Shown here: positions 15,950-26,898 of the stretch, in pieces | Layout of the letters: every line of letters begins with the position of its first letter | Numbering within the stretch: the stretch's first letter is position 1 | Assembly: GCA_041946735.1 (NCBI GenBank) | Contig: JBHGAY010000023.1 | Span: 1-64,000 of the forward strand | DNA from: Candidatus Eiseniibacteriota bacterium | Lineage (GTDB): Bacteria > Eisenbacteria > RBG-16-71-46 > CAIMUX01 > VGJL01 | DNA: 64,000 bases | Reading direction: 5' to 3' | The notes under the pieces: generated by a model | Told to the model about the DNA's origin: nothing | The model's input: the letters and a program-made list of their open reading frames with translations, nothing else | Databases searched by the model: none | Translations under genes and position numbers: made by a program

Positions 15950-18523
15950 TTGGAGAACTTACTCGTCAAGCTGCTCTTCCTCCTGCTCGGAGGCGTCCTG
16001 CTGCTGGCCCCCGGACTGGGGATCGTGGGGTTCGTCCCTGCATTCCGGCGTTCGCTGCGCCCGGCCGAGCAGATCCCGGTCGCTCTCCTGCTTTCGACGG
16101 CGGTCAGCGGGCTCGCGGCGATGGCCGGCAAAGCGGCCGGGATGCGCATCGGCCCCTGGTCGTGGATCCTGCTCTCCGTGTCCCTGCTCCTTCTGGCGGC
16201 CGGCACCGTCGCTCGGGCTCGGGCGCGGGCGCGGGCACGAGCGCGGGCGCGAGCGGGGCGGGGCGAGCGGCAGGCGGCGCAGACGGCCCTGGCCGCGCCC
16301 GATGGCCGGCCGAAGGGAAGGCGCTACCACCTCTTCCTGATCCTCCTCGGCGCGTTCGCGTTCCTGCTGATGGCGCGAAGCGGCGGCTCACTGGGCCCCG
16401 TGCACGACTCGCTCGACTTCGTCGCCTTCGTGCACGAGACGCTCGAGACCGGCGACCTCTCCCCCGCCTCGCCGATCTACGCGGTTCCTCCCGGCACGCC
16501 GCCCGATCCGCGGCGGGGGACGTTCCACACGATCGTGGCCGCGATGTGCCGGCTCTCCGGGACGCTGCCGACCGACGCCTGGCGCTGGCTGCCGATGCTG
16601 CTCGCGCCGCTCGCGATCGTCGGGCTCGCCGCCCTCTATCGCGCCTGGCTCGGCGAGAAGGTCGCCGTGCTCGGGACGCTGATCTTCGTCGCGTCGACCT
16701 TCTTCACCTCCGACCGCTTCATCCAGAACCTCGGCTACGCGAGCCGCTTCGGCTGGGTGGTGGGATGGGGAGCCTTGCTTCTTCTCGCGCGGGGTCTGCA
16801 GGCGGCGCGCGACCCGGATCACGCAGGAGCCGGCGCCGCACGCCAACGGCGCAAATGGCTTCTCGGGCTCGCGGCTCTCGGCCCCGCGATCCTGATCCCG
16901 ATGCACCTGCTGAGCGGCTTCCAGGTGCTGCTCGCGCTCGGCTGCGCGGGTCTCGCCGTGCTCGTCGATCGGGCGGCCTCGGCGAGCGAGCGTCGCGACA
17001 CGATCCTGACGGTCGTCGCGGCGACGGTTCTGATCGTCCCGGCCGTGCTGCTCAAGCTGAGGGGAGGCGCGAGCATCGGGAATCCCCTCTTCGATCATCT
17101 CTACGGGGTGCTGCTCGTCGCGCCCGGATGGCCGGTACTGCATCCGGCCTATCTGATCGACCGGTTCGGGATCGCGGGGATCGTCGGCTCGGCGCTCGGC
17201 CTCGCGCTGCTGCCGGTCGCGCGCCGGGACCGCGGGGCGGGCTTCCTTGCCTACTCGACGCTCGTGCCGCTCGCGATCCTCTTCGTGCCGCCGATCGTGC
17301 GAGTGGTCGTCGAGGCGCATGCGCACAGCATGCTCTTCCGCGTGATCCTGACGATCCCGTTCGCCGGGACACTCGCCTTCTGCGCCCTGCGTGCGGCGCG
17401 GACGCTCGCGCAGCCAGCGCCCGCCGGCGGGCGAACGGCGTGGCGGCGGGCAAGAGCCGGCTTCGTCCTGCTGCTCGTGGCGGGCGGGCTCACGGGGCAG
17501 GCGATCGCGACGCGATCGTCGTGGGCGGTGCCCGAGAAGCTGCGGCGGCAATACGAGGAGAGCCAGCCTCTCGTCGCGGCGCTGGACTTCCTCGAACACC
17601 GCTATCCGCAGCGCCTGACGATCCTCTCCGACCCGATTTCGAGCTACGCGATCCCGGCCTACACGCACCACGACGCTGTCTCGCCGTTCCAGCAGCACTC
17701 CTCGCCGTCCGATTCGACCGTCGACGACCGCCTGCGCGACGTCCAGGAAGCGCTGAACGGCTCGGTCGGGCCGGCCCGCACCTTCGAAGTGCTTCGCCGG
17801 TACGGCGTCGACATGATCCTGCTCAATCAGAGCTGGGGGAGTTTCGTCGACGCCTACTACGTCTTCATCTCGCCGCTCGCCTACGAACGGCAGCGGAAGA
17901 AGTTCGACGGAGCGCCGGATCTCTTCGAGAAGGTCTACGACGCGGATGGTATCGCACTCTACGCGGTGCACGACCCGGGACCGACGGTCGCGCTGCCGCA
18001 GGGGCCGCCCCCCGAGTGGCGCACTGAGGATCCGGGGAACGCGCCGATCCTGCGCGCCGGGCCGGTGGCGCTGCTGCGCGCCGCGCCGCGCGATTCCATC
18101 GCGCCGATCGACGGCTGGCTCTGCTTGGACCTCCTGTGGCGGAGGACCGAGGAGCCGTACCGGTTGCCGGCCGGCGCGGAGATCAAGGTGCAGCACCACA
18201 CCGAAGACGGCCGCTACGGGGTTCCTGTGCTCGGCCGCCTGCTTCGCGTGATCGATGCTACGAGCGGGAAGCGGATGACGCGCTTCGGCCAACCATTCCG
18301 CCCTCTCGCGACCTTCTATCCGGACTTCTTGTGGAAGCCCGGCGAGGTGTATCGCGACGAGCTGTGGTTGCACGTTCCCGAGATCGCCATCCCGGGGATG
18401 TACGACATCTACCTCCGGCTCGGCGTCGAGCCATACGCACCGGTCGCCTGGCTCGACGAGATGGTGTCGAACCGCCTGCGGGACGATTGGAAGAAGGTCG
18501 GAGAGGTGAGGATCGGCGACTGA
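15950..18523 (+). CDS. Large polytopic membrane protein, probable GT-C-type glycosyltransferase with a C-terminal extracytoplasmic domain
   Basis: TTG start inferred; more than 10 TM segments; loop HDSLDFVAF; C-terminal ILSDP...YGVDMILL and WKPGEVYRD...PGMYDI motifs typical of GT-C-associated domains; contains an (AR)7 tract. Confidence 0.7.
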   Translation: MENLLVKLLFLLLGGVLLLAPGLGIVGFVPAFRRSLRPAEQIPVALLLSTAVSGLAAMAGKAAGMRIGPWSWILLSVSLLLLAAGTVARARARARARARARAGRGERQAAQTALAAPDGRPKGRRYHLFLILLGAFAFLLMARSGGSLGPVHDSLDFVAFVHETLETGDLSPASPIYAVPPGTPPDPRRGTFHTIVAAMCRLSGTLPTDAWRWLPMLLAPLAIVGLAALYRAWLGEKVAVLGTLIFVASTFFTSDRFIQNLGYASRFGWVVGWGALLLLARGLQAARDPDHAGAGAARQRRKWLLGLAALGPAILIPMHLLSGFQVLLALGCAGLAVLVDRAASASERRDTILTVVAATVLIVPAVLLKLRGGASIGNPLFDHLYGVLLVAPGWPVLHPAYLIDRFGIAGIVGSALGLALLPVARRDRGAGFLAYSTLVPLAILFVPPIVRVVVEAHAHSMLFRVILTIPFAGTLAFCALRAARTLAQPAPAGGRTAWRRARAGFVLLLVAGGLTGQAIATRSSWAVPEKLRRQYEESQPLVAALDFLEHRYPQRLTILSDPISSYAIPAYTHHDAVSPFQQHSSPSDSTVDDRLRDVQEALNGSVGPARTFEVLRRYGVDMILLNQSWGSFVDAYYVFISPLAYERQRKKFDGAPDLFEKVYDADGIALYAVHDPGPTVALPQGPPPEWRTEDPGNAPILRAGPVALLRAAPRDSIAPIDGWLCLDLLWRRTEEPYRLPAGAEIKVQHHTEDGRYGVPVLGRLLRVIDATSGKRMTRFGQPFRPLATFYPDFLWKPGEVYRDELWLHVPEIAIPGMYDIYLRLGVEPYAPVAWLDEMVSNRLRDDWKKVGEVRIGD

Positions 18524-18627
18524 GCGGCGACCAGGCTAAGCCTACAGCCTGGCGCTGCGGCATCCGCCGCGCCAGGAGGAGAAGCGCTTCGGCGAGCGGG
18601 TGATGACGTAGCCGCAAGACCCGAGGA

Positions 18628-19275
18628 TCAAGCTCTCCGCTCGATCAGCGCACGCATGAGACGGGTTCCCGCCGCAATCACCGGCCCTCCCATCGGATCT
18701 TTCGAGAGAACGTCGAGCGGCGCCTCTCCGAAGTGCAGGCCCGAGGCGGTCAGCATGTTGATGCGGGCGCTGCCTGCCGGCGGAGCGCCACGCCTCGCGC
18801 CCGCCCAAGGTCCGATGACGTCCGCGACCCGTTGCCCCTCCTCGATCAGCGCGTCGATGAGGCCGTCGATCGTGGCGTCCGATCCCGCAGCTTCCCAGAG
18901 GATCACCGCGCCCCCGTGATGGAGGAACCGGGCCGTACGATCCGCATAGGCAGCGAGCGTGTCGAGACCCTCCGGAAGATGGACTTCCAGCACGACGCCG
19001 CGCACGCGTTTGCCTTCCCCGGGCCCCGGCTCCACGCCCATCTCCCTCATGAAGTGCCACGCCTGCAGCGTCTGCCTCGATTCCAGGTCGCTCCTGCCCG
19101 CGATCTCGCGCAGCAGCCGGACAGCTTCGTTCCGATCGCCCCGCGCCAGCGCGCCGCGCGCGTCCTCGAAGCCGCGCCACGCCTCGGATCCCGCAGCCGC
19201 CGCAACCACCTCGTCGCTTGGCGTCCACTCAGCAAGCGGGACATCGGCGAAAAGCATGTCTCGAAGGTCAGGCAT
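18628..19275 (-). CDS. Hypothetical protein
   Basis: ATG after GGAGG; globular-looking composition (LDTLAAYADRTARFLHHGG). Confidence 0.75.
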   Translation of the reverse strand: MPDLRDMLFADVPLAEWTPSDEVVAAAAGSEAWRGFEDARGALARGDRNEAVRLLREIAGRSDLESRQTLQAWHFMREMGVEPGPGEGKRVRGVVLEVHLPEGLDTLAAYADRTARFLHHGGAVILWEAAGSDATIDGLIDALIEEGQRVADVIGPWAGARRGAPPAGSARINMLTASGLHFGEAPLDVLSKDPMGGPVIAAGTRLMRALIERRA

Positions 19276-19523
19276 CGGTCGTTCCTCCAAATTGGGGCGG
19301 AGCCGGGTGGCATCGCTTCACGGCTGCGGGACATGCGAGCATACACGGACGCGTTCCGACCGGCCCCCATCGATTCGCAGTTGTCGCTTCAAAGACGCCC
19401 GGGCGGAGTCTAGAATCAGGGTTGCGAATCGTGCGTGACCAGGTCCCGCCGGCCGGCGAGTCGCCGATCCGGCAGGGACATTTCCATCGATCACCCATTC
19501 GTCTCCAGAAGGGGTCCTTCGAG

Positions 19524-20990
19524 ATGTTCCGGTCGTCGTCGCCGCAGCGTCGCCGGTTTTTTGCGCTCGTCTTCGTTCTGCTGATCGCCCCACTCGGCTT
19601 CTCGGCCGTTCTCGGTCTCTCCGCCGCCCTTGCCGACACCTGGTTCGGAGATCCGATCGTCACCCCCGTCGACCGACGCCAGCTCGGCCTGCGGGTCGCC
19701 GATCTCGACCGGGACGGAACGGACGAGGTCATCGCGTCCAACACCGCCTCCCAGTACGTGGTCTACCGTGCCGACTCCACGGGAATGTTCACCGCCGGCC
19801 AGATGCTCCCCGGGTATCTGTGGGGCGCGTTCACAGCCCTCGATGACAATCAGGACGGATGGCCGGACCTGCTCGTTCAGGAAACCCAAAGCCTGCTTCG
19901 CCTGTGGCGCAACGACGGCTCTGGGCAGCTCGTCGACTCGGGGTTCACGATCCCGCTGCAATCCACGATCCTCTCGGTGGGCCGGCTTCCAGGAGACTCG
20001 GTTCCCGATCTGATGGTTCGGGGAAGCGACGCGGATCTTCTTCTCCTCCACCATGGCATGGTCACGGGACTCTTCTCGACGCCCGACTCCGTCCTGCTGC
20101 GCCTCACCGGAGAGCCGCCCAACACGTTCGCCGCGAACATGGCTGTCCTCTACGATCTGAACCTCGACGGTCTCGCCGACGTGTTCGCGTCCGGATGGCG
20201 TCCGGCGGAATGGCTGCCGGAGATTCGCTGGAGGCTGTCGCGTCCCGACGGGTCCTTCGGACCGATCCGCCGCTTCTTGCACGAGAGCCCGATGAGCGAG
20301 TTCAACCATTTCACGATCAAGGACATGGACGCGGACGGGGATCCGGAGATCGCCGTGATGTGGGTCGGCTTCGAATGGGGCAACACCTTCATCTACTCGT
20401 ATCGTCGCGCGACCGACGATCTGGACTATCTCTGCACGGCGCCGGGCTACGGCCTGCCGGTCGTCGAGCACCTCGACGACGATCTTCGCGCCGACCTCAT
20501 GATGACCGATTACGGGACGACGAGCGTCTACCGCTACCTCGGAGGATCGTCGTTCCAGCTCGTGCAGTCCTTCCCGGGAGAGAACATGACGCTCGCCTCG
20601 ATCCTCGGGTTCGAGGCCCGCGATCTCGTCTACTCGAGGAGGGATCCCAACGAGATCCACGTCCGCCGCAGCCTCGTCGCCCCCGCCTCTACGGAGGAGC
20701 CCTCGCTCGATGGTCGGGTGCGACTCGTCGCCGCCCCCAGCGTGGCGGTGAACGACGTCCGTATCGGCTTCCGCGGGCTCACCCGGCCGATGCGCGGCGC
20801 CCAGGACCGGATCGAGATCTTCGACGTAGCCGGCCGCGAGGTGCGCAGGCTGCCCCTCGGTCCCGGTACGGTGGCGACGACTTGGGACTTGCGGGCCGAC
20901 TCCGGCGCCCGGGTCGCGCCCGGCGTCTATTTCCTGCGCGCGACCCTCGGCGGCACCCTCTGTCGAGGCAGGGTTCACGTGCTGCGATGA
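19524..20990 (+). CDS. Secreted FG-GAP/VCBS repeat protein with C-terminal FlgD-Ig/T9SS-CTD-like domain
   Basis: Signal peptide; DLDRDG, DLNLDG and DMDADG repeats; C-terminus IFDVAGREVRRL...WDLRADSG...PGVYFLR. Confidence 0.85.
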   Translation: MFRSSSPQRRRFFALVFVLLIAPLGFSAVLGLSAALADTWFGDPIVTPVDRRQLGLRVADLDRDGTDEVIASNTASQYVVYRADSTGMFTAGQMLPGYLWGAFTALDDNQDGWPDLLVQETQSLLRLWRNDGSGQLVDSGFTIPLQSTILSVGRLPGDSVPDLMVRGSDADLLLLHHGMVTGLFSTPDSVLLRLTGEPPNTFAANMAVLYDLNLDGLADVFASGWRPAEWLPEIRWRLSRPDGSFGPIRRFLHESPMSEFNHFTIKDMDADGDPEIAVMWVGFEWGNTFIYSYRRATDDLDYLCTAPGYGLPVVEHLDDDLRADLMMTDYGTTSVYRYLGGSSFQLVQSFPGENMTLASILGFEARDLVYSRRDPNEIHVRRSLVAPASTEEPSLDGRVRLVAAPSVAVNDVRIGFRGLTRPMRGAQDRIEIFDVAGREVRRLPLGPGTVATTWDLRADSGARVAPGVYFLRATLGGTLCRGRVHVLR

Positions 20991-21021
20991 AGGCGAAAGC
21001 GACCCTTCGCCTCCGTCACCG

Positions 21022-22995
21022 TCACTTCAAGAGGATCACGCGAACCGTCCTGCTCGCCCCGCCGGCTCGCAGGCGGCAGAAGTAGACGCCGTTCGAGAGC
21101 GCGGCGCCCTCCTCGCCGGTACGATCCCACGCGACTGCGTGCGTCCCGGCGCCGAGCGGTCCCAGGACGAGCCTGCGGACGCGCCTCCCGGCCGCGTCGA
21201 AAACCGAGAGATCGACGACGGAAGCTTCGGCCAGTGCGAACGTCAACGTCGTCCGTCCCGAGAACGGGTTGGGGCTGGCCCGGAGGTCCGCCGGTCCCAG
21301 CCCGATCTCCTCCGCGGCGATGCCGGACGCCCCGGTATTCTCGAAGTAGTTGAAGGTGCCGGAGTAGTTGCCGACGGTGAGATCGAGGTCATGGTCGCCG
21401 TCCAGGTCACCGAACGCGGGAGCCGCGTTCTGCCCGACCACGAGGCCCGCAACGACCGTCGGATCCTCCTGCCAGGCGGTCCCTACGTGCCGGAAGAAGC
21501 GGAGCTCGTGCGAGAGCGTGCCCGCGAGCAGATCGATGTCGCCGTCCCGGTCGTAGTCCGCGAGGGTCGGCGAGCAGTTCGATCCGACGTCGATCGACCC
21601 GAAGTACGAGGGGACCTCCTGCCACGCCATCGTCTCCTCGCCGACGTTCTGGAAGTAACGCAGCCGGCCGGCTTCGTTCCCGACCACGAGGTCGAGGTCG
21701 CCGTCTCCGTCCATGTCGACCAGGCGCGGGACCGACCACGCGCCGACGTTGATCCCGGCGAACACGCTCGGGTCGTACACGAAGCCCGATCCGGTGTTGT
21801 GGTGGAAGAACAGGTTGCCCGAGAGGTCGCCGACCACGGCATCCGGAAGATCGTCCCCGTCGAGCATGCCGAGCGCGATCGCCGAGTAGATGGAATGATC
21901 GATGTCCACGAAGAGCTGGTGCGCGGCGAGCCATGCGGGCGCCTCGACCGTCCCGACGTTCTCGTAGTACTTGATGTCGCCGAGCTGGCTGCCGCTCGCG
22001 AGATCGAGGTCTCCATCGCGATCGAAATCGTAGAGGAACGGCGAACTGGCCGCGCCGACGTCGAGCACGCCGCCGAAGAGCGAGGTGTCGACGACCCAGA
22101 CGGGATCGGCCGGCGGGCCGCCATTGACGTAGTACTGCAAGCTTCCGGCGCTCGTGCCGAAGACGAGGTCCGGCAAGCCGTCGCCGCCGAGATCGCTCAA
22201 GGACGGAGAGTTCCAATAGGTCGATGCGCCGAGTCCTTCGAAGACGTTCGGGTCTTCGACCCAGGCCCAGGCCGTCGGATTGCCGTCGTTCCTGTAGTAG
22301 ACGAAACCATGCTCGTCGCGGCCGGCGACCAGGTCGACGTCGAGGTCGCCGTCCAGGTCGACCAGGTAGGGATAGGCGTAGAGGCCGATGTCGAACCAGG
22401 ACTGCGCTTGGGCCTCGGAGAACGCCGGGGCGCCGGGCGTCCCGATGTTGGGGAAGAACTTGATCATTCCGCTCTCGCTCAGACCGGCGACCAAGTCCAG
22501 GTCGTGATCCTGGTCGAGGTCGGCGAGGGCCGGCACGGGGCTGGGGCCGGTGACGAGACCGGAGAAGAGGTCGGTGCGCCGGAGAAAGGCCGGAGCCGTC
22601 GCGGTTCCCGTGTTCTCGAAGAAGATCAGCCCGTAGAAGCCCCCGGTGACGAGATCGAGATCGCCGTCGCCGTCGAGGTCCCCGCAGACGCCGACCTCCG
22701 CGTCGAGCGGTCCGACGGGAGCGAAGATGTCGGGGCCGGGGGCAAACCTCGGCGCGACCGGCGTCCCGGTGTTCTCGTAATAGAGGAGCGTCGTCTCGGT
22801 GCTGCCGAGCATGAGGTCCATGTCCCCGTCCGCATCCAGATCGGCGAAGCGCGGCTGCGAGAAGGTGAGCGAAGGAATCCCGCTGGGATTGAAGATCGAG
22901 TCGTCCTGCCGCCAGTTCTGCGCCTGGGAGGCGCTGGCGGCGGCGAGCATTGCGAGGAGCGAGCCGAGGAGGATCGATCTGCCGGGGGTGCGCAC
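21022..22995 (-). CDS. Secreted FG-GAP/VCBS repeat protein with C-terminal FlgD-Ig/T9SS-CTD-like domain
   Basis: GTG after AAGGAG; signal ending ASQA; about 10 P-x-x-x-DLDGDGDLDL repeats; SPNPF...VFDAAGRRVRRL...GVYFCRL. Confidence 0.9.
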   Translation of the reverse strand: MRTPGRSILLGSLLAMLAAASASQAQNWRQDDSIFNPSGIPSLTFSQPRFADLDADGDMDLMLGSTETTLLYYENTGTPVAPRFAPGPDIFAPVGPLDAEVGVCGDLDGDGDLDLVTGGFYGLIFFENTGTATAPAFLRRTDLFSGLVTGPSPVPALADLDQDHDLDLVAGLSESGMIKFFPNIGTPGAPAFSEAQAQSWFDIGLYAYPYLVDLDGDLDVDLVAGRDEHGFVYYRNDGNPTAWAWVEDPNVFEGLGASTYWNSPSLSDLGGDGLPDLVFGTSAGSLQYYVNGGPPADPVWVVDTSLFGGVLDVGAASSPFLYDFDRDGDLDLASGSQLGDIKYYENVGTVEAPAWLAAHQLFVDIDHSIYSAIALGMLDGDDLPDAVVGDLSGNLFFHHNTGSGFVYDPSVFAGINVGAWSVPRLVDMDGDGDLDLVVGNEAGRLRYFQNVGEETMAWQEVPSYFGSIDVGSNCSPTLADYDRDGDIDLLAGTLSHELRFFRHVGTAWQEDPTVVAGLVVGQNAAPAFGDLDGDHDLDLTVGNYSGTFNYFENTGASGIAAEEIGLGPADLRASPNPFSGRTTLTFALAEASVVDLSVFDAAGRRVRRLVLGPLGAGTHAVAWDRTGEEGAALSNGVYFCRLRAGGASRTVRVILLK

Positions 22996-23155
22996 CTGGC
23001 ATCTCCTTCCTTGTGGGTTCGTCGGCCGTCGCCGTTGTGCGAGTGCGACATGCAATCGTGAGCGATATCGATGATAGGCGACCGCACGGGGATCGTCAAC
23101 GCGTTCGGCCGGCAGGCGGCCGGATCGAGTACGCCGATGACGGCCGGCCCGGCGG

Positions 23156-23210
23156 GCGCCGGGCTGGCGAGCGCCGGGCTGGCGAGCGCCGGGCTGGCGA
23201 GCGCCGGGCT
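23156..23210. repeat. Tandem repeat, 3.7 x 15 bp (GCGCCGGGCTGGCGA)
   Basis: Perfect copies between divergent genes. Confidence 0.95.
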
Positions 23211-23390
23211 TGTACGAAAGGCGACATTCTCGTAGCCTTTCCTCTTGCACAGATCGAATAGCCGGAAGTTGAAGGGCAGGGTCGGAAGTCGAGGGGCAAA
23301 GTCGGAAAGGAGATGAGAATTCCGATGCGGCCGCACCGCTCCCGGAGAGCTGCCTCGAGTCGCCCGCGATTCGCTCGACCGATCCCCGCC

Positions 23391-24833
23391 ATGTTTCGCG
23401 CCTCCCTCGTCCCCCTCGCCGTTCTCCTGGTCGGCCTCCCGCTCGGCGGCTGCTCTGACGACGACTCGCCGGCAGCCGATCGCGTGGCGCCCGCGCAGGC
23501 CGCGATCTTGACCGTCCAGGTCCATCCGACGGGGGTGTTCCTCGCCTGGACGGCCCCCGGGGATGACGGCAACACCGGGACGGCGGCCGAATACGAGATT
23601 CGATATTCCACCGGATGGATCACGCAGGAGAACTGGGATACCGGCACCCTGGTACGCAATGTCGAAGCTCCCGAGGAAGCAGGCACGACGCAGGTTGCGT
23701 TCGTCCTCGACCTGGCGCCAGGGACCCTCTACTTCTTTTCCGTTCGGACCGCCGACGAAGCGGGCAACTGGTCTCCGATCTCGGACCCGGTCTCGGCCGT
23801 CACGATCGGCGACAACCCCGAGGACTCACACTGGTGGGACGGATTCGGCAACGAGTCGGCTCCCTTCGGCGACGTGCTCGCCTTGACGGTGCACGACGGC
23901 GAGCTGATCGTGGGCGGCCTGTTCAATCACGTCGGCTCGATGCCCGCAGACGCGGTCGCCGCATGGAACGGAACGAGCTGGCGGGCGCTGGGGAACTCCA
24001 GCGGCCTCGAGACCGTGCAGGCGCTCACTTCGTGGAACGGGAACCTGATCGCGGCCGGACGCGCCGCCATGGCGAAGGGACCGGAGCGCTACATGGTCGC
24101 CTCCTGGGACGGTTCGTCCTGGACTCCGCTCGGACCCGCGACCTGGATCGAAGCGGATGACGAGGTCCGCGCTCTCGCCGTCTTCGAAGGAGACCTGATC
24201 GCCGGGGGCAGCTTCAATCTCTGTGCGGGAGGCTCATGCCCCAACGTCGCGCGCTGGGACGGCGATTCGTGGTCGCTTCTCTCGGGCGGGCTCGACGGTC
24301 CGGTGCGCGCCCTTCTCGTCCACGACGGCACCCTCTACGCGGCAGGCCACATCGGCGCCGGGACGGTCGGCGTCGCCGCATGGGACGGATCGCACTGGAA
24401 GCCTGTCGGCTCGGGAATCGAAGGGACGGTGACCGCGCTCACCGTCTTCGAAGGCGACCTCGTCGCGGCCGGAGACATCTGCCGGTCGGGCGGATCGGCG
24501 TCGGAGCGGGTCCTGCGCTGGAACGGAAGCTCCTGGTCTGGGGTGGGCGGCAGCGTCCCGATGACATGTCTGCTGTCTCTCGGCGTCCACGACGGCGCCC
24601 TGATCGTGGGGGGGATGTTCGGCCACCAGGGGGCAACGAGCTGCCCGAGTCCGTTCCGCATGCTCTCCGCCTGGGACGGGATCGCCTGGCGCTCCCCCGG
24701 TTCCGGCCTTCTGTCCAGCACCGAGGATGCCGGCGTAGCCGCAATCCAGGCTTACGACGGCGACTTGTATGTTGGCGGCGTATTCCTCGAAGCGGGAGGT
24801 AAGCCGTCGATCTGCATCGCGCGCTGGCGGTGA
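23391..24833 (+). CDS. Lipoprotein with fibronectin type III domain and W[DN]GxxW beta-propeller repeats
   Basis: Lipobox LGGC; FN3 LAWTAPGDDG...YFFSVRTADEAGNWS; six W[DN]GxxW repeats. Start could instead be 23313 or 23325. Confidence 0.85.
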   Translation: MFRASLVPLAVLLVGLPLGGCSDDDSPAADRVAPAQAAILTVQVHPTGVFLAWTAPGDDGNTGTAAEYEIRYSTGWITQENWDTGTLVRNVEAPEEAGTTQVAFVLDLAPGTLYFFSVRTADEAGNWSPISDPVSAVTIGDNPEDSHWWDGFGNESAPFGDVLALTVHDGELIVGGLFNHVGSMPADAVAAWNGTSWRALGNSSGLETVQALTSWNGNLIAAGRAAMAKGPERYMVASWDGSSWTPLGPATWIEADDEVRALAVFEGDLIAGGSFNLCAGGSCPNVARWDGDSWSLLSGGLDGPVRALLVHDGTLYAAGHIGAGTVGVAAWDGSHWKPVGSGIEGTVTALTVFEGDLVAAGDICRSGGSASERVLRWNGSSWSGVGGSVPMTCLLSLGVHDGALIVGGMFGHQGATSCPSPFRMLSAWDGIAWRSPGSGLLSSTEDAGVAAIQAYDGDLYVGGVFLEAGGKPSICIARWR

Positions 24834-24867
24834 TCAGCGGACGTCCTTCCGAGCCTTACGGACTCGC

Positions 24868-24958
24868 CACGAGATCCTTAGCGGATTCCCTCGCGAGATC
24901 CCTTTGCGGTTCCCTCACGAGATCCTTAGCGGTTCCCTCACCGATTCCTGCGTTCCCT
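24868..24958. repeat. Tandem repeat, about 4 x 23-24 bp (CACGAGATCCTTAGCGGTTCCCT)
   Basis: Copies at 24868, 24892 and 24916, plus a degenerate copy at 24939. Confidence 0.9.
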
Positions 24959-25048
24959 CGCGATGCCGGTTCCGCTAGAATCGGGACCGCTGAAACGGCA
25001 CATGGTCGCATCGTCTTTCCGCCAGCAGCAACCAGGGGGAACCTCGCC

Positions 25049-26644
25049 ATGGCAAGGACAGCAACGCGGAAGTCCGCAGGGCAGCTTCCATCGAACGCCA
25101 GAATCGGCGTGGCGCTTGCAGCCACCGCCCTCTCGACGCTTCTGATCCTCTCGGGTGCCTTTGCGGTGGCCGCCGCCGCGGACTGGAACAACAAGGGTGG
25201 CAACGCGCAGCGCAACGGACTGACCAGCGAGACCGGGCCGACCTCCGCGACCGTCGCCTGGTCGGGGGCTCGCACGTCGCTGATCGCCTGGCTCCCCGTC
25301 ATCGAGGGAGATGACGTCTTCACCGTCCGCCAGGCGAACTGGCCGGGCCAGGTCCACGACGCCTACGTCGTCTGCATGGATCTCATTTCCGGAGGCGAGC
25401 GCTGGGCGGTGGAGCTTCCCGCCGACGAGGGCGACTGGACTCCCTGGATCGCCGGCGTGCGAGACGGCAAGGTGTACGCCTCGCGCTCCGGCAACGGGGC
25501 GAGCGTGTGGGCACCGATGTACTGCCTCGACGCGCAGGACGGCCACACGATCTGGGTGAGCAGCATCGAGCAGAGCGGCGGTCCCTACGACGGCTGCGTC
25601 TTCGCCCCCGACGGCGATCTCATCGTCGCATCCTTCATGGACATCTGGCGATTCGACGCGGCCGACGGCACCGTCGTCTGGCACGCTTCCCGAGTCGGCT
25701 CGGTCAGCGGCAGCTGCGGCGGCGCGTTGTACGGGGATGCGCTCTACGTCGCCGACGCGGTTCCGGGCGGCAACGCGATCGTCTGCTTCGACATCGAGAC
25801 CGGCGCCCGCCGCTATCAGAGCGAGACGATGAGCGGCTTCTTGATCCAGAACACCCCGATGTGCGGCGCGGACGGAACGATCTACCTTGCGCGGACGCAG
25901 AACAATCCCGCCGTCGACTACTACTACGCGTTCACCGACACGGGGACCGAGCTCGTGGAGAAGTGGCACATTCCGGCCGGATACTCCGCCTTTGCGGAGT
26001 TCGCGGCCGGTCCGGACGGTTCGCTCTACTTCATCGTCCCCGGGCCCCGGCTCGCGCGCATCGACCGGGAGACGGGCGAGATCGTCGATCAGACCGATGT
26101 GCTCTCCGGCCTCTCCGCGGCTCACGTTGCGGTCGACGCCGGCGGCAAGGTCTTCTTCTCGAACGGCGGCTTCGCCTCCGGGCGCCTGACATCCTATGAG
26201 GCCGACCTCACGGAACGCTGGAGCGTGCCGGTCCCGAACATCAACATCGGCGGTCCGGCGATCGGACGCTACGGGACGCTCGTCGTCTGCGGCACCGGCA
26301 GCGACATGCGCGCCTACCGCACCCAGGACCCCGCGGACGTCGGCCCGTCGACGGACTTCGCCGCGGGCGGGATCGCGATGCGCGCGGCGCCGAACCCCTT
26401 CGCCGGCGCCACGACGATCGCCTACCGCCTCGTCCGGAGCAGTCCGGTGAGTCTCGAGGTGTTCGCCGCCGATGGGCGTCGCATCGCGCAGCTTCTGTCG
26501 GGCGAGGAGCAGCCCGCCGGCGATCATGCCTTGACGTGGGAAGGCCGTGACGACGCCGGCCGCCCGGTCGCCTCGGGGATCTACTACCTGCGCCTCAGCG
26601 GCGACGGCGAGCTTGGGAGGACGCGAGTTCTGCTCGCGAGATAG
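25049..26644 (+). CDS. Secreted PQQ-like (BamB-type) beta-propeller protein with C-terminal FlgD-Ig/T9SS-CTD-like domain
   Basis: DWNNKGGNAQRNG at the mature N-terminus; CLDAQDGHTIW-type repeats; APNPF...WEGRDDAGRPVASGIYYLRL. Confidence 0.85.
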   Translation: MARTATRKSAGQLPSNARIGVALAATALSTLLILSGAFAVAAAADWNNKGGNAQRNGLTSETGPTSATVAWSGARTSLIAWLPVIEGDDVFTVRQANWPGQVHDAYVVCMDLISGGERWAVELPADEGDWTPWIAGVRDGKVYASRSGNGASVWAPMYCLDAQDGHTIWVSSIEQSGGPYDGCVFAPDGDLIVASFMDIWRFDAADGTVVWHASRVGSVSGSCGGALYGDALYVADAVPGGNAIVCFDIETGARRYQSETMSGFLIQNTPMCGADGTIYLARTQNNPAVDYYYAFTDTGTELVEKWHIPAGYSAFAEFAAGPDGSLYFIVPGPRLARIDRETGEIVDQTDVLSGLSAAHVAVDAGGKVFFSNGGFASGRLTSYEADLTERWSVPVPNINIGGPAIGRYGTLVVCGTGSDMRAYRTQDPADVGPSTDFAAGGIAMRAAPNPFAGATTIAYRLVRSSPVSLEVFAADGRRIAQLLSGEEQPAGDHALTWEGRDDAGRPVASGIYYLRLSGDGELGRTRVLLAR

Positions 26645-26898
26645 GACCTAGGGCATTTCCTTCCCGGGCTTACAGGCCCGGCGGCTCTGCCTCTGCGTCC
26701 CTAACGGCTCTGCCCTCAGCCCGCAGCCGCTCTGCCTTCAGCCCTCTGCCCCGGCGCCCTATGGCGCCGGGGTATCAGAGGACCGAACAGTTCGACTCCT
26801 GATGTCCTCGACCTTCCGCCGGTACGCTTGGACGGCGGAAGCTGCTTCCGGATCGCCGTCTTGCCGGCGGAGAGCCCGGCCGCCCGAAGGAGGAACGA

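Noticed and set aside
16211..16255. (Ala-Arg)7 tract as a phase-variation switch
   Set aside because: The unit is 6 bp with mixed codons, so length changes would stay in frame; most likely a cytoplasmic loop expansion.
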